A stretch of DNA of 64,000 nt from Bigelowiella natans CCMP2755 (lineage: Eukaryota; Protista; Cercozoa). Of this stretch, positions 40,091-55,199 are shown piece after piece. The position numbers and the translations under genes are program-made. Where the stretch lies: assembly GCA_000320545.1 (NCBI GenBank), contig ADNK01002454.1, positions 1 to 64,000 of the forward strand, written 5' to 3'. Numbering within the stretch: the first letter of the stretch is position 1; every line of letters starts with the position of its first letter. A model generated the notes under the pieces. The model had not been told where the DNA came from and did not search any database. It worked only from the letters and a program-made list of their open reading frames with translations.

Positions 40091-40877
40091 GTAGTAGTTG
40101 TATTGCTACTTACTTATTATTCATTTCTTACAATGCTACTACTACTACTACTGCTGCTACTACTTGTACCTGTACAATCCATGTCAAATCTGGAAGATCT
40201 ATTCCTCGAGCAGCTACATCAGTACAGAATAATGCTCCTGGGAACGATGTAATGTGATAACAACAGACAAGGGATGAGAATGATGATGATGATGATGATG
40301 GTGAGGACATTTTTCCTTATTATACTTTGCATTATAGCAAGGAGCAGACTGATATGATACATTCGTTATTATTGGCCTTCTTCTTCTTCTTCTTCTTCTT
40401 CTTCTTCTTTTTCTTCTTCTTCTTCTCACTAATGACCATTCTTTGTAGCCTTGAAGTGGCCAAACTGCTTTTGCCTCTTCTTTGATGACATTTTGCCGTG
40501 CAAGTGGTAAATCTGATGTTTTAATTATGAATTTGAAATGAAGTGTGAGAGGCTTTAAAAACTATGCTCTTTGGCGCTGCTATTTTAGCTAGATTCTACC
40601 AAGGTCGCGAACGGTTTAATACATCTCCTTCTATTCTTCTCCTTCTGGCTGATTTCTATGTGAAAGAGAAGTAGGAAGAAATACCTTTGCTCTCGATTGC
40701 TTAATGGTTGATATCTTTGGCATGATTGTAGCAAAATAGTCCACACTCGCACAAGTGAGGAAAAATACGATTACCTGTAGATAATGATAATGATGATGAT
40801 GATGATGCCTTATTTTCATGTCGGATATAGAAACGAATGAAACCAATAAACCACGAAATATGAAGGAGCATATATGT

Positions 40878-40918
<41 letters not shown>

Positions 40919-41339
40919 TATTGTTTGCTTTATTGTTTCGCACTGCTAAATACCTTTTCTTGCGCGTGCTTTGCGAGGAATTCTGACAAAAAGACGAGCT
41001 TTTCTGTCGGCTTCACAACAACATACCTGTAGTAGAAAGTGGTGATGAAAATGATGAAGATGATAATGATAATCAAAGGAAAAGACTAGCTACAAAAAAA
41101 TACATAAATATAGCATCAAAGTGCATTCATATAATGAACCCACATTATTATATTTAATTTATAGATTATTTACCAATTTTGGAGAGTATCTGGAATTGTA
41201 GTTTGTTGTTGGGAAGAAGAAGATGATGGGTTCTGTTGTGTGTGGTGTATTTATTACAAGGAGTACATCGTTGTACTACTGGCATCATCAACTCTTGTTC
41301 CAATTATGATGAGTTGTATCATCACCACCACAAGAACCG

Positions 41340-41373
<34 letters not shown>

Positions 41374-41553
41374 TTGTTACTAACCGAGGAAGATTGATTC
41401 TTTGCACGTTTTCTTTTCTTTGAGACCTGTAATTCGTGAATTGTGAGTGTTAATGCATAGGTAGTAACCGAGTGAGTAACTTTACCACTTCAAAACAGAT
41501 CGATGAAGAAGAAGATGATGATGATATAACACTCAATTTTTCTCCAATTTTGT

Positions 41554-41592
<39 letters not shown>

Positions 41593-42377
41593 TTTTTTCT
41601 AATAAGAAGGAGTACATTGACAAGAAATGGATAGTGATGATACTCACTTCACCAACAACATTGTTTACTACTACTACTGTTACACCATCATCATCATCAA
41701 CAACAACTACTGCTGCTACCACTACCTGTACGTCAATATTGACTGGATTTCTTAATCCAGCTTTTACTAGTTCTGATACCTTGAGAATAATATCGAAGAG
41801 AAAGTAATGATAACAATAATAATAATATTAAAAAACAATAACAATTAATATCAGGCATCGATCTACAACTGATTGTAACCAAAAAGTTATCTCTGTTTTT
41901 CCTATCAATATATGAATTCAATACATCTAAGTTTATCCTCCTCCTCCTCCTCCTCCTATTACTTACTTGCTGTGTTTGTGTAGCAGAGAATAGGCCTGTT
42001 CGTCGTTGCTTTGGCAAACGATTCAAGATAGTTCTAATCCATATACAAAATCATTCAAATAATCACATCTGTTGGTGCACATGTCGTATTTGAATGTACT
42101 TCTCTATAAAACAGTAGTAATAACAACTAATAATAATCTCTCGTACTTTTTGTGATGAAGCTATTATGAATATCCGCACACTAATGAGCATCTAATTATT
42201 GGTTGTAGCGACATATACTACATCATCTTCTTTTCTCTCTCTCACCTGATTTGTCTGTCAAACCCCATATCAAGCAGCCTAACAATGTGTAAGTAGCATA
42301 ATAGAGTAGTATCAGTTTGCAAGGAATATAAATGCAAAGACCTACACTATTATCTTCTTATGATTTAGTTAATAAAG

Positions 42378-42421
<44 letters not shown>

Positions 42422-43056
42422 ATATTGTATAAGTGTATTGAATACTCATTACCGATCAGCTTCATCAAGCACAAGGACCTAAATGAAAGAAGAAAGAGGA
42501 GAAGAGTCGTCAAAACTCATAATAGGAAATACTGAACTTAGTATTATCATCATCGTCCTGTCAGGATGTGCTTACTTTCAAGCTATTCTATTTTTAAGAT
42601 CAAATCATTTGAATGCTGACAGTATCCCTGCTACTAGTAGCACGTACTACCGACCTCCACTTGCCGTGTATCCAAATTGCGAACATGTGCTAGCATAGAG
42701 CATAGCCTCCTGATAATATAATCAATCGATCAATCAGTGAATGAATACATTGTACCATGATTAAAAGAACCACACACAAACACACACACATGTATCTATT
42801 AAAAGAGAGTCCATATATAAAATTCAAAAGAGACAGTTTTACACAGTAATGATAACAACGGAGGATGATTCAGCACCTACCCAGGGGTTGCAATAATGAT
42901 GTTTGCCCCCTCTTTAATAAACCTAATCGTCATTATCATCATCATCATCATTGTTGTTGTTGTTGTTGTTGTTGTTGTCACAGCACGGAGCTGCTCAGTT
43001 AGTAAGTGGTGGTGTTTGAATGGCTAATATCAAGCTAAATTTATGTTATGTTGTCC

Positions 43057-43139
<83 letters not shown>

Positions 43140-44733
43140 ATTAATATGTTTACCTACTTATTCTAACCTTCACATACATGCGAAAAATCATATATTATTG
43201 TGATATCCTATATTATCATCTACTTTCGTTCAAAAGCCTTTGGATTTGATCCTATCCACAATAATAGTAGTATTAGTATTAGTAGTAGAAGTAGTGTGAT
43301 GATATTCGTATAGGGTAGTTGTAATGGGGGGTAGGTAGTTGTTCTTTGGTCTGGGTAGTGTCAGTATAAAAACGCCTTCATATTCATACAACTCACTGGC
43401 GTGAAATTGTTGTAACAAATACTCTGCTCAGTCGCTATATGTGTATATATGTATTCAATTTATATTTATTGGCAAACAAAATAATCACCTCCAGTAGCGA
43501 GTTGCATAGTCAAATTTGAGTGCTATAACATAGAAATATTCATCAAAAGCAAAGGCCCTTGTCACATCTTTGAGGAGGTTATCGATCACGTTGCTGCTTA
43601 TAGTGATATACTATACCTTTAGCAAGAAGCGAGAAAATACTGCATGGATTTGCTCCGCCAATTCTTGAGTTGGAGACACAACTATCACCCCAACCTGATT
43701 ATTATCACAACGAGTACAATTACTACTACTACTACTACTACTTGGTCACCTATTACTATGGTAATTCTCTCAACTAATGATCGCATTGCGACCTCGTATT
43801 TGTTCAGCTTTTGACGTCGTCTGCATCACATCATTTCAAAATAGTTAGGTAATTTTGGGTACAGGTGACACGTATACGTTGGTCATGGGGGTAAAACAAC
43901 AGATATGAAATAGAGAAGAAGTAGTGAGTGAATGGTTGGATGATATCATATATAATAAGTATATAGAGAGCGATGGAGAGAGAGAGAGAGGGTAAACTAG
44001 GAAGGAAGGGACCAGCCCCCCCCCCACCCCAGTCTCCTTCTATACTCTTCTACGGAATGGATCACTAGGGGTGGTGCTGGCAAGAAGAACATACCTTAGC
44101 ATGATTTCTAGGGCAGGAACAACAAATGCAAGCGTTTTGCCCGACCCCTGAGTATTATCACCAACGCCGTATTGTTACCATTATTATTTGTTATTTATTA
44201 CTATTATCAATCCCCACGTTTGTCAATACTGATAGATTATAGTGGCATCTTGCCGCAACTAATAAATAATCACACCGTTTGTGCTTGTACAACAACATCC
44301 TTGTGAGATAGGAAGATTGGGAGAGTCGCGGCTTGGACCTAGTCGTCAATAAGGCGAGATCATTCGATATAATCTTGAATACCATACCCACACAGATGTA
44401 TGCAAAACAAGCATTCTCCTCTGCCTTCCCTCTCTCCCTCCTCCTCCTCCGCCTCCTCCTCCTCATCGTCAAGGCTACAACACACGGCAGATTTTCTTTC
44501 AATTATATAATTTAACCAACCGGCGTCATTTTTGTGAACTTGAAATCATCTCTTATGGTTGCTAGTGTGGAATCTGATAGGTTCGGATCCACCTTATCAA
44601 GCAAACAAGCAACATTATTCGAATCAGGAAATTGTATACCAGCATTAGATAGATGAAAAGAGAACAACTCGCAGAGGCTGTGATTCAAACTACTAGGTAA
44701 ACTTACCTTGTCCCAACGCCGCCGCTCATCCAT
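37640..44733 (-). CDS. DDX55: DEAD-box RNA helicase DDX55/Spb4
   Basis: FTKMTP-VQAATLP..KDVVVQAQT-GSGKTLAF, VSPTQELA, IIIATPGRL, VLDEADRLLDMGF, LPKQRRTGLFSATQT, LVKAGLRNPV, IVFFLTCASVDYF, CTDVAARGIDLPD, FDPPLDPSFFVHRVGRT, AFVSFVRAYKEH, YKDKNREKQRL, and C-terminal MKKLKKGKMSKKDF..YTDK* (stop 37640-37642). Confidence 0.93.
43060..43132. repeat. (TA)n microsatellite, longest in window, intronic
   Basis: Direct reading. Others lie at ~567, 4697, 10593, 13008, 40882, 42380, 46274, 48784 and 63895. Confidence 0.95.
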
Positions 44734-45130
44734 TCTTTTGGAGTGGTGGGGGTGTAGATGTTGTTACTTTTTTCCTTTTTAGTGTTGCTATTCGATTGCA
44801 GAGGGGAGGGGGAGAGCTGCCTTTCTCCGTCGTCCTATCGCCGCTTGGACGGCGAGTATCTAATTTTATCCCTTTTTAAGAAATAAACGCATGTCGCATT
44901 AATGTTACCAAAGGCAATTTTATGATTATTAAAAATTAGAAGAATAGATTGTCGCATTGACGATATCCCCTATATTTTTGTAAATATTAATAAAAGTAAC
45001 CCGTTGGCGCGTTTCGGCTTTACGCTCGTGTCCTTCCCCCTCCGCTTTTACTCTCCTTGGCCGCATTTGCCACAATGAACACATCAACCTCTTCACTATA
45101 TCTGGGATCTTCTCCCTTTTGCCTCAAATT
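44734..45130. promoter_or_regulatory. Putative bidirectional promoter DDX55 / Sfi1-like
   Basis: Divergent arrangement. TGTCGCATT occurs twice (44892 and 44950). Confidence 0.5.
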
Positions 45131-46272
45131 ATGAAAGAGGGCTGGCGCTCGCCGTCAAGAACACGCAATGCGCTGCTGTCACACGATCTAGGCATCTTCG
45201 GAATAATCACGGAAGAAACCAAATTTGTACTACGATGAACGACGATCATTTACTTGCACTACACACACACACACGCATACACTTACTTACTTACTTACTT
45301 ACTTGCTTGTCGCAAATCTTTTTCAACGTCTTATGCTGTAATATGTTGAATGTATCTAATACCTGGTGCTGTCTGGAGCAGTTGAAAGATTATGTGATAG
45401 TTTCGAGAAAATATTTACTACTTATATGGAATAATAATAAGGGGGCAGCGCTAATTGGTTGTTGTATTTGATATACATATTATATAGGCATCGTCAAATC
45501 AGACAACAACCTATGCTTCGTCAAATCTCCCCCTACGAGCGAATAAGCGCCAGGAGAAAAAGATGCAGAAGAAGAGTGTCGCAAAACGATTTGGGTCTTC
45601 TTCTTCTTCTTCTTCTTCTTCTACTACTACTACTACTACTACTACTGCTACTACTACCATTCTATATTATGGCAAACACATAGGAGACCAATTAAACTTC
45701 CATATTTATAGACCACATTTTTATTCACCCCCACTCCCAAAAATATACTTGGGCATATAGTTGTTCCTTGAGCGTATTTAATTCTTTTCTCACTACTATT
45801 TATAAAGTGTCGGCAAAGTTGCTGCCATATTGGGAGAAATCGTAATAATTCAACATCGTTTCTGATTTCAACAATTAAGATAACTGGCATCGATGTCTAA
45901 AATGCTGATAAAAAAAAACGATATATCCAAGAACATTGCTGTCGCCCTCTCATTATCACCATTCACTGCTATTGTTATTCTCGATGGTTGACATTCTGAT
46001 CTTAGGGCACTACCTCCAAATTCTTCACTCTATGGCGAAAGCGGCTACAAACAAGATGTCAGTACGTTGTTTGCTTTTTAAACCTCCTTGATTATGAAAC
46101 TGAAAAATACTACTATGTGGACAATTGAAATGGATTATGGAAATGCATACATCTGAATAAGAAAAAGTGGCATAGTCTAACCATGAGGAGTAAAACGCTG
46201 TGTGCAGTCAATATCAATTTTGCTCATCTCCTTATCGGTTGTAGTCGTCCTTCTTCCTTATACCGATATGAG

Positions 46273-46320
<48 letters not shown>

Positions 46321-48247
46321 GTGTGATTTAATCATCGTCCATATTCTCCCTCCTGAACAGTATTCATTCGCAAGTTTCTTCTTGGATGGTGCATTGGTCA
46401 GTGTGTTTAGATACTAGTGAGTGAGGAGGGAGGAGGGAGGAGGGAAACTGTGGACTCTACTGATAGATAATACCGACAAGTGATGGTGATGATGCTAATG
46501 TGTGCGTGTGTTGATATGTGTGTAGAGTTTAAGGGCAACAAGTTGATGAGTATCATATTAGAAATATATAATAATATATGTTGGAACATATTCATTTTAA
46601 CATGATAAGAGTTATTAGCAAGAGCAGAGTTCTGCTTGAATTCTTGCTATATTACATCGTCCAAATGTTAATGTTACGATAGTAGTAGTAGTAGTAGCTG
46701 CCGTGCATCGGTGATGATGGCATATCCATATATCACTCTTTTCTACTCAGACACTCCAAGGGCTAAATTGAAACAAATTAGGTAATAATATGATACTGTA
46801 CTACGTTGTCAGCATTCATTCTGATGTGATAGCTAGCTGCTGATATTACCACGCAGAGCATGAACAAACAACCAACCCCTTTGAGAATGAATGGATGCTG
46901 CTCTTGCTGTGTACACTTCCTGCTATTATTTCATATCATACTGATTGCTACTTATACTATATATCTACTACTTTAGGCAGCATCGATTGTTCTTGGGCTG
47001 GAAGAACATAGCAGATTATCAAATAAGACAGAATATGATCTTAAAATACCATATGCAGCAGCAAAGAGCAGTGGTACTACTAAAAACAATATTATGAATG
47101 ACATATGATAGATTTTGTAGATATGAATCGTGCAGAGCAGATATAGTGTACCTGCTGTAAGGAGTTATTATTGTTGTCTCAATGTTATTTTATATTCATT
47201 GTTATCACTAAGTATTACAACGAATTTAAAGGAATTCCGAGGGCGAGTACTTGTCACCGTGGCCATTTCTAGTTGGAAAACAGTTAAGAAAGATAATGAT
47301 AACATTTTCGATCTTGGTATTGGTACAAAGTCTTGATGAACTTGCTATCTAATCGATATTATAGCGTTTGTCGGAGAGGCATCATGCTGAAAGTGAGGCC
47401 ACTGCATTTTCATACAAGAAGACAGAAAGAAAGGTGATATAGTTATTATAAGTTGAAGTATGTAAGCAGCAGCAGCCCTTGATACGATGCACCCCAAGTT
47501 CCAAACTTATAATATGTATTAGTATATATTGATGATGACGATGAGCTTCTGTGGTAGATAGATCAGTGTGTCTAATATGACTGTCTTCTCAGTTTTGGAA
47601 ATGGTGGAAACTATTGTACGGTACGATCGATGATGATTATGCCTCCTTAATATTCTTCATCTTTCATATCTTCTCAACTTAATAATAAACGCTTCTAGAT
47701 ACTCTCTCCCTCTCTCTTTCTCTCGTATGAAAATGATAAGTTAAAAACAAAAGAAAGGCTTTAATTGTAAGTAGTCATTTCGAAGAGATGGTTGGTAGAA
47801 CAACAGCGGCATCAGCATGATATAAAGACAATGCGTATTATAATAAATAATAGAGCAAAGAAATCAAAGCCGAGAGGTCCTTTTTCAGGTTAATATAGTG
47901 ATCTTTGGCATTCAATTATATGTGTATTGTTGTTGTTGTTGTTACTGTGTTGTTGATGATGTATAAGCCTATATGATAGTAGTAGTAGTAGTAGTAAACT
48001 ACATACAGCAATGTAATAGCATCATCTATAGATATATCACATCTGCTACGTCACGTCAGCAAGTAGTTCTTCATGATCAGAAACAACATGCTTGTTTCTG
48101 CTACAGATACAACATATTGATTGATTGGTTGATTGATTGATTGATTGTTATGTGTGTCGTTTCCTCACATACTATCTATATAGAGATATAAACTGCGAAA
48201 GCAGGGGTTTATTTTCCAGGCTTGGACTGATATTCTTCAAGATAGGT

Positions 48248-48282
<35 letters not shown>

Positions 48283-48578
48283 TCTTGATTAAGATGGCAT
48301 CATATATGGATGGAGAGATCTTCGTTTGGTTTGTTTGAAGTGGATTGGTACTTGGTTGACAACTATACCAGGCACATAAGAAACGACTGCATCATCACAA
48401 ACTGGAAGGAAATACGGTAAAAACTTCTTGCTAGTCTATTTCATACCTATTTACTGTGAAATCAATTCTTACTATTCTATTTGCTACTTATCTAATATGA
48501 AATAAGTTGAATGGAATAGCAGAAGGAGTAGTAGTAATAGTAGCAGCAGCAGTAGCAGCATCTTTGGATGGACGCTAT

Positions 48579-48611
<33 letters not shown>

Positions 48612-48748
48612 GTCATCATTATGAATTCCAACATCATGTAGCACGAGCACAAGAACTACTACTATTGCTGTTATATGATTACTACCTATCTCTTCTCTTT
48701 TCCTAGGGAAATTAGATCATAATGTCCTCATCGTATTCCTTTCATCAT

Positions 48749-48824
<76 letters not shown>

Positions 48825-48905
48825 TAGCACTATTATTGACCATACCCCTGCTGATCTACTCAATAATGACACTTCTATGACTCCTTGCTGTTTCTACGTC
48901 TACTT

Positions 48906-48941
<36 letters not shown>

Positions 48942-49050
48942 TCACTACTACCTAAGGCAAAACAGGATTTTGAGCATAGTTTTACGATATTGGAGGGCAT
49001 GGTACTGCTGCTATTTGCTTTTGAAGACACTTCTGTGTTCCTTCTATAGT

Positions 49051-49125
<75 letters not shown>

Positions 49126-52100
49126 ATAGTCATATGGTGGTCCCTCCTCCTTCTTTTTCTGCTTCTTCTTCTTCTTCTTCTTGTCGTTTATTTATAAATG
49201 CATGGTTAATATCTTTTTCTCTTCTCAGTCCCAGGAGCAAAGCCTTCCTGCGAAGGAGCGCCTTTACAAGATGGTTACGTGCAAGCAGAGCAGAGGTTGC
49301 CTGTTTGCTTGCTATTTGTGTATATATGTGTGGGTGTATGTGAGTGTGTGTGTGTATTTTTATTCCACAAAGTAATGAGAGTTCGTTAAGATCACCACCC
49401 TCATGAAAAAACATCATCATTCATATTCGCTAAGATCACCACCCTCATGAAAACACATCATCACTCATCTCAAAACTTATTTGCGTGTGCAGTGCTATCG
49501 TAGAGGACGTGTAGTTTCACTAGTATTCCAAAAATGGAGGTAATAGTAGTAGTAGTAGCAGCAGCAGCAGTAGTGGTGGTAGTAGTAGCAGACTTCTCAT
49601 GTGTTTTCGCATAATACACGCTAGTATATGATGGCATCATTGACAGTACTATACTACGTAACGTTATGAGGAGGAGGAGATGAAACATGGGACCAACAAG
49701 CAGCAAAACTGAAACAATAATCGATCATTTGTCTGCTAAGTCGTCTACCCAACAAAAGAATAAAAATACCAACAACACATGAATAATTTATCTTCATTCT
49801 TTCCTCTCCTCCTCCTCCTCCTCCTTGTACTCATCTTCCTTTTGTTGTTTGTCTCACTATGAGTAGGTTGCTTCTTAGTCGCCTGGAAGAAAGTGAACAA
49901 TTCTTCGGGGCTATACAATTACGAAGATGGAAAAGGTCATAGTAGTAGTAGTAAGACTTTGCTACTTGTGCTATTGCTTCTACTCCTACTCCTACTCCTA
50001 CTATCATCATCATCATTATCATCATCATCCTTATTATAAGCTTTGATGACTGTTTGTATTGTAAATTAGGAGACTTGATACAAAGAGATATTTAAGGCAA
50101 AGAAGCCATTGGAGACGATGGAAGCATGCATTGAAGGTAGTAGTTGAAGAAGGACCTAATAACTAACAATGACGATGATGAGGAGGAGAAGGAGGAGGGC
50201 GAGCAAAGTTGATCTTGACATAGTAGTCTGTCTTCTTGATTCTCCTAACGAATAGTCTAATATATAGTCTAATGGAGAGCATGATCCATCCGTTCTAATG
50301 ACTTATTGTTCTTCCTATTGGTATTATAGGCAAAACGCTTATCCCTTGATTTATACGAAGAGTATGTGTCAGGAGGAGGGGTAAGACTATTACTACCGAT
50401 TATGCCGCAATGTTGTTGTTTATCACATACACTGGATTCTGTGATAATGATGATGTTGATGATGATACTTGCATCCATATTTTTATTATTAGCCCTTCAA
50501 AAGGACCAAAAAAGCATTTGGTGCATGGAGAATAGCATTGGATGCGTTAAGAAAACAGAAATTGTACCGATCGTCGCCAGTTTTTGCAAGGACTATGATG
50601 CTTAGGTTACAATTACAACACTGACTGAATTTTGATAGGAAACACCATAATATAGTTTTCTTTCCTCTAATACAAGTACTCATCTCTTTAGGAGCTCGAA
50701 ACAAAGTTACCACTATTTATCGATGCTGTTACTAAATTATTTGTTCATTGAATACACAACAGTGAAAATAATGATGAAAATGATGATATAATAGTAACTT
50801 TGAATACTCTTACTGCTACAACCAATGTATGATGATGATAGACGAGGTATTGAGGCGTTTCGTTCAAGTTTGACAGCTCGAAGACTGAGACTAGAATATA
50901 TGAATGATGCGGTAAGGATCATAGTGATAATATCTCTGAGCGGAGGAGGAAAACGAAAAGGCATTATGTATGAATGATGATGATGATTATTCGATTGTTG
51001 TTCAAAGTCGTACTTACAAATGGCATTTAACCATGCAAAAAAAAAAATGTTTCTCTTGAAGTTGTAACTAGCACACTTCCATTCCTTCTCCTGGAAGTGA
51101 AGATGAGATAGTATTCCGATTGGACTGATATAATATATATAATTTACGTAATAAAGGTTGAGTTTTGGGCGACATCAGCAGCATGGCGTGGCGTTCGAAA
51201 TCTTGCAGATAATGTCTGGATCTCAAGACAGCGACAAGAAGTTATCATCGAAGCTGATAATATGGCAAATATCAATAGGATAAGGAGAGGGTAATAATAT
51301 TAACATCGGAGACATTGCTGTTGTTGTTGAATTATAACGAATTGTATGAATGGTCATCAGCTTGGATTTGCTGGAATACAACACGCACCTACGTCAATCT
51401 GGGCGAGTGTGTACGTCAAAGTCGCTAATTTTCCTCGGGATGCACACACTAAACACATGGCGGCTTGCCCTGACAAGAAGAAGAGAAAGAAGAAGAACAA
51501 CATCAACATCACTTGTGCACGCCAACAACACCGTGAGTAGTCATACCGATCGTATTCAAGCTCAAGAGCAAAAGATTCATCCTGTACGAATATCAAGTGG
51601 CACTAGTAGTAGTATTGCTGATGAAGCAGATGCAGTATCAAGCGGAGAGAATAGGGCAGACATAGTACTACTACCTTACCATGGAAGCTACGGGGATGTA
51701 ATAATCACTAAGAAAGATCCCTCTCCACGCGTTCGCCCCACTACTACTACTACTGCTGCTGCTGCTACTTTTCCTTCTTCTTCTTCCCCTGTTACTTCGG
51801 ATGATTCAGTACAACAGCAACCTATCCGGTAGTAGTAGTAGTAGTAGTGGAAGGAGGAGGAGGAGGAGAAGGAGAAGCAGAGAGCGTCAATTAGCACACT
51901 TCAACTTGTGTAGCGACAACACTAAGAAAGAACAATATACATTCAACAAATGACTCGTTTGCTACTGAATGAAAGTCGCAAGATAATGTTCATGATGAAG
52001 CATCGTATCATCGATGATGGAAAATTGTTTACGATGATGTAGTAGTAGTAGTAGTAGTAGTAATAATATTAATTTCAATACGTGATCTCAATTTCCTAAT

Positions 52101-52203
52101 ACACAAGGAAAGAGCATTTTTCTTCATTCCAACAACTTATTAATCACCACGGATTGGCATATATCCAATGCAATAATCTGTCTCTCAACCCCCCCCTCCC
52201 GAT

Positions 52204-52249
<46 letters not shown>

Positions 52250-55165
52250 TATGTGACTTGCTATAATCGTTGTAAATGATTTTCGATTTAGGGATTTGGA
52301 AGAAGATAAGCATTCCACAATGAAGAAGGAACATAAGAAGAAGAAGAATATGAAGAAAAAGAAGAAAAGGAAGAAGAATGAGGAAAAGCATCAGCATGGT
52401 GATCATACTGAAAGTCCGAGGACAACAACGACAACAACAACAACAACAACAAGCAGCCCAACAAATGATGGCAGAAGACAGCAACCAATGAACAAGTTAG
52501 GACTCAGAATTTATATTGACAACACAGCAGCAGCAGCTGCAGAAGGTTCCATCATTGTGACACCTCATGTACCTATTCAACATCATCACAAAAACGACGA
52601 TATTATCGGTAATACTACTACTTCTTCTTCACTGGGAATTCCCCCTCCTCCTCAACATGAAGGACGTCAAGCTGCAGCCTCTGTCACTTCCAGCATTAAT
52701 CGTGGTGATGACGGCAAGAGGCACCATCCATCATTATCATCACCATCCCGTAATAACTCCTTACCAGCAGAGGCAGCAGTGTCATCAGCACTTTCTTCGC
52801 ATAATGGCACAGAGGGTGACCAATCAACAATTAGCAGAAGTGGTAGTGATATATGAATCTATCGATATTGTTTGCAGTTGGTGCTGGTTATAAAAGTGAT
52901 ATTAACGATGATGGGGGCATTGCTTGTTAAGGGGGAAAGGGAAGAGAAGGGGGAAAAGGCTGCTACATAACATGAAAGGAACAATCAGACAAAATGCTGT
53001 TATATAATATGAAAAGACTAATCCGACAAAATGGTTTCTTTCTCGGATTCCTAAATTGTTAATATGTATGATAATGTGATTCGTGTGATGTTTACTATTA
53101 CTATTGTGTGTCGTCATCGTTGTCGGTCATCGATAGGATCTCGTGGTGTGGAGTCTGTTATACATCTTCCACGTAGCATCAGAAACGACAATGGAAGAAC
53201 AACGAACACAGAATATCAAGGTAGATAGAGAGATGATAGACCAACCAAGATCACTAAATCGGTAGGGGTGTTATTGGGAGTACTTATTGTTGTTTTAGTT
53301 TATGTTGTTGTTGTTGCTATTTTTATTGTAACTAGTTGTTGTGGTATCGTTGTTATTACGCCTTTGCAGGTGGTGTTGGTACTACTAATGCAAAAAGAAG
53401 GACTTTGTCTGCACAACCTCGAATAATGTCTTCTCCCCATCGAGAAATAACTCAAATAGGGGAGGACGTATCCTCTCCTTCATCTGTGATGACAATTCTC
53501 AGAACACCTACACCGATGATGACGATGATGATGCAGGAAGCTACTGCTGCTACTGTGACTACATCATCAGACAAAAAGAAGGATCATTCACCAGTGAGTC
53601 ATAATGATAAACAAAGGAACATGTTTGCCTTCTCTCTTAACGATGCTGCTCCTACTCGTCGTAGCCGTAGCCGTTTTCGTAGAACCCATCGTCCAATGAT
53701 CCCAGATCATGCCCGAAAATCATTCTCCTTGTCATTGTCCCGTGGCATGGTTGAGAGGAGAGAAGAACAAGTTGGACTACCTCTGGGAGAAGGCTTGGGC
53801 GAATCATCATCGGATACAGCAGCAGCAGCAGCAGCAGCAGCAGCAAGAAACTCGTTCAGAAGGTCACACAGCGGCGCCAGCATATTTCTGCGAAGAAGGA
53901 AAGATTACCGTGCTGCTCAAGTAAATAATGGTAGAGGAATAATGATGAAGCAGCAGCAGTCTCAAATCAGCACAAAACTCAATCTACAAAAGCCAATAAC
54001 GCGGGAGAGGAAGCACCAGCAACAACAAAAAGAGAAGGAGAAGGATGAGCTTAAGCTGCCAACTACTAGGCATCTAGCACCATCTGCAAAAGAGGATGAT
54101 GATGATATTAATGTCGTGAATGCTGGTGTTCATAATGCTTCCCTATCACCATCATCATCAGTAGTCGATCCCCATAATAATGATAATGATAGTAACAATG
54201 GGCTGCTGCTGCAAGAAGGTCGTCCGTTATTTTCGCCTTCGCCTTCTGTCTTTCCAGCTCCGATGACAAGGGACAACTCAAACTTATCTCTCCTTTCTGT
54301 GAGAGGGGAGAACAGTCCTGTCGGGTAGTAATCATGATCATCAGTTGCTATTACAATTTACCATCACCAATCATCATCGATCAATCATTATCAATCAATC
54401 ATCATCAATACTATTAGCTAAAGAAGAACATACGAGAGAACACAACCAGCATGGACATTGCGCTTTTTCCATGAAACACTGCATCATCAATCACCCCTTT
54501 CTTAAATTTCTTTCTCATTCCTCTGCCTAAATTGCATAACTACGTATTATGATTACTAATGATCATAATCTTCATTTAATTATTTTTCCATTCTGTTACT
54601 TGCCACATAGGTCATCATTCATACCGATGCTACGCGGCGACGAAGAAGACAGCTCCTTCTACAACAACCAAAGTAACAACAATAGTCACAGTAGAAAAGG
54701 TGATGAGGAAGAATATAAGGAACATAAGCAAGATCAAAAGTGGATAGTAGGTACGACCTCTAGTGTTTATAGCAACAAGAACAATTTCATATGCTGCTGG
54801 TGCTGCTTTTATAAGAGGATGAACAATATAGTGCATCATCATCACTTGTTGTCCTCTTAACCATTACATATGAATCAATATAACGCATACTTCTTGATTT
54901 TCATAAACAGGGACTGCTCCCGGTAATAGTCATCATCGGAGAGGTGGCGTATCGCCTTCATCGTTTTCTTCTACTTCTAAAACACAACTGCAACCACTTC
55001 CAATGTCTTCAAAACGACGAGAATCAAATAGCAGCAGCAAGAATGGTGCTGCTGCTAATAAAGAGCAGCTGCTGGTGAAACAGCATCCTCCTCCTAGAAT
55101 TAGAAAGCTTTCTCCCCGTGGCAAGAAAGTCCCTGCGAAATTCTCGTCATCGATATCACTATTAC

Positions 55166-55199
<34 letters not shown>

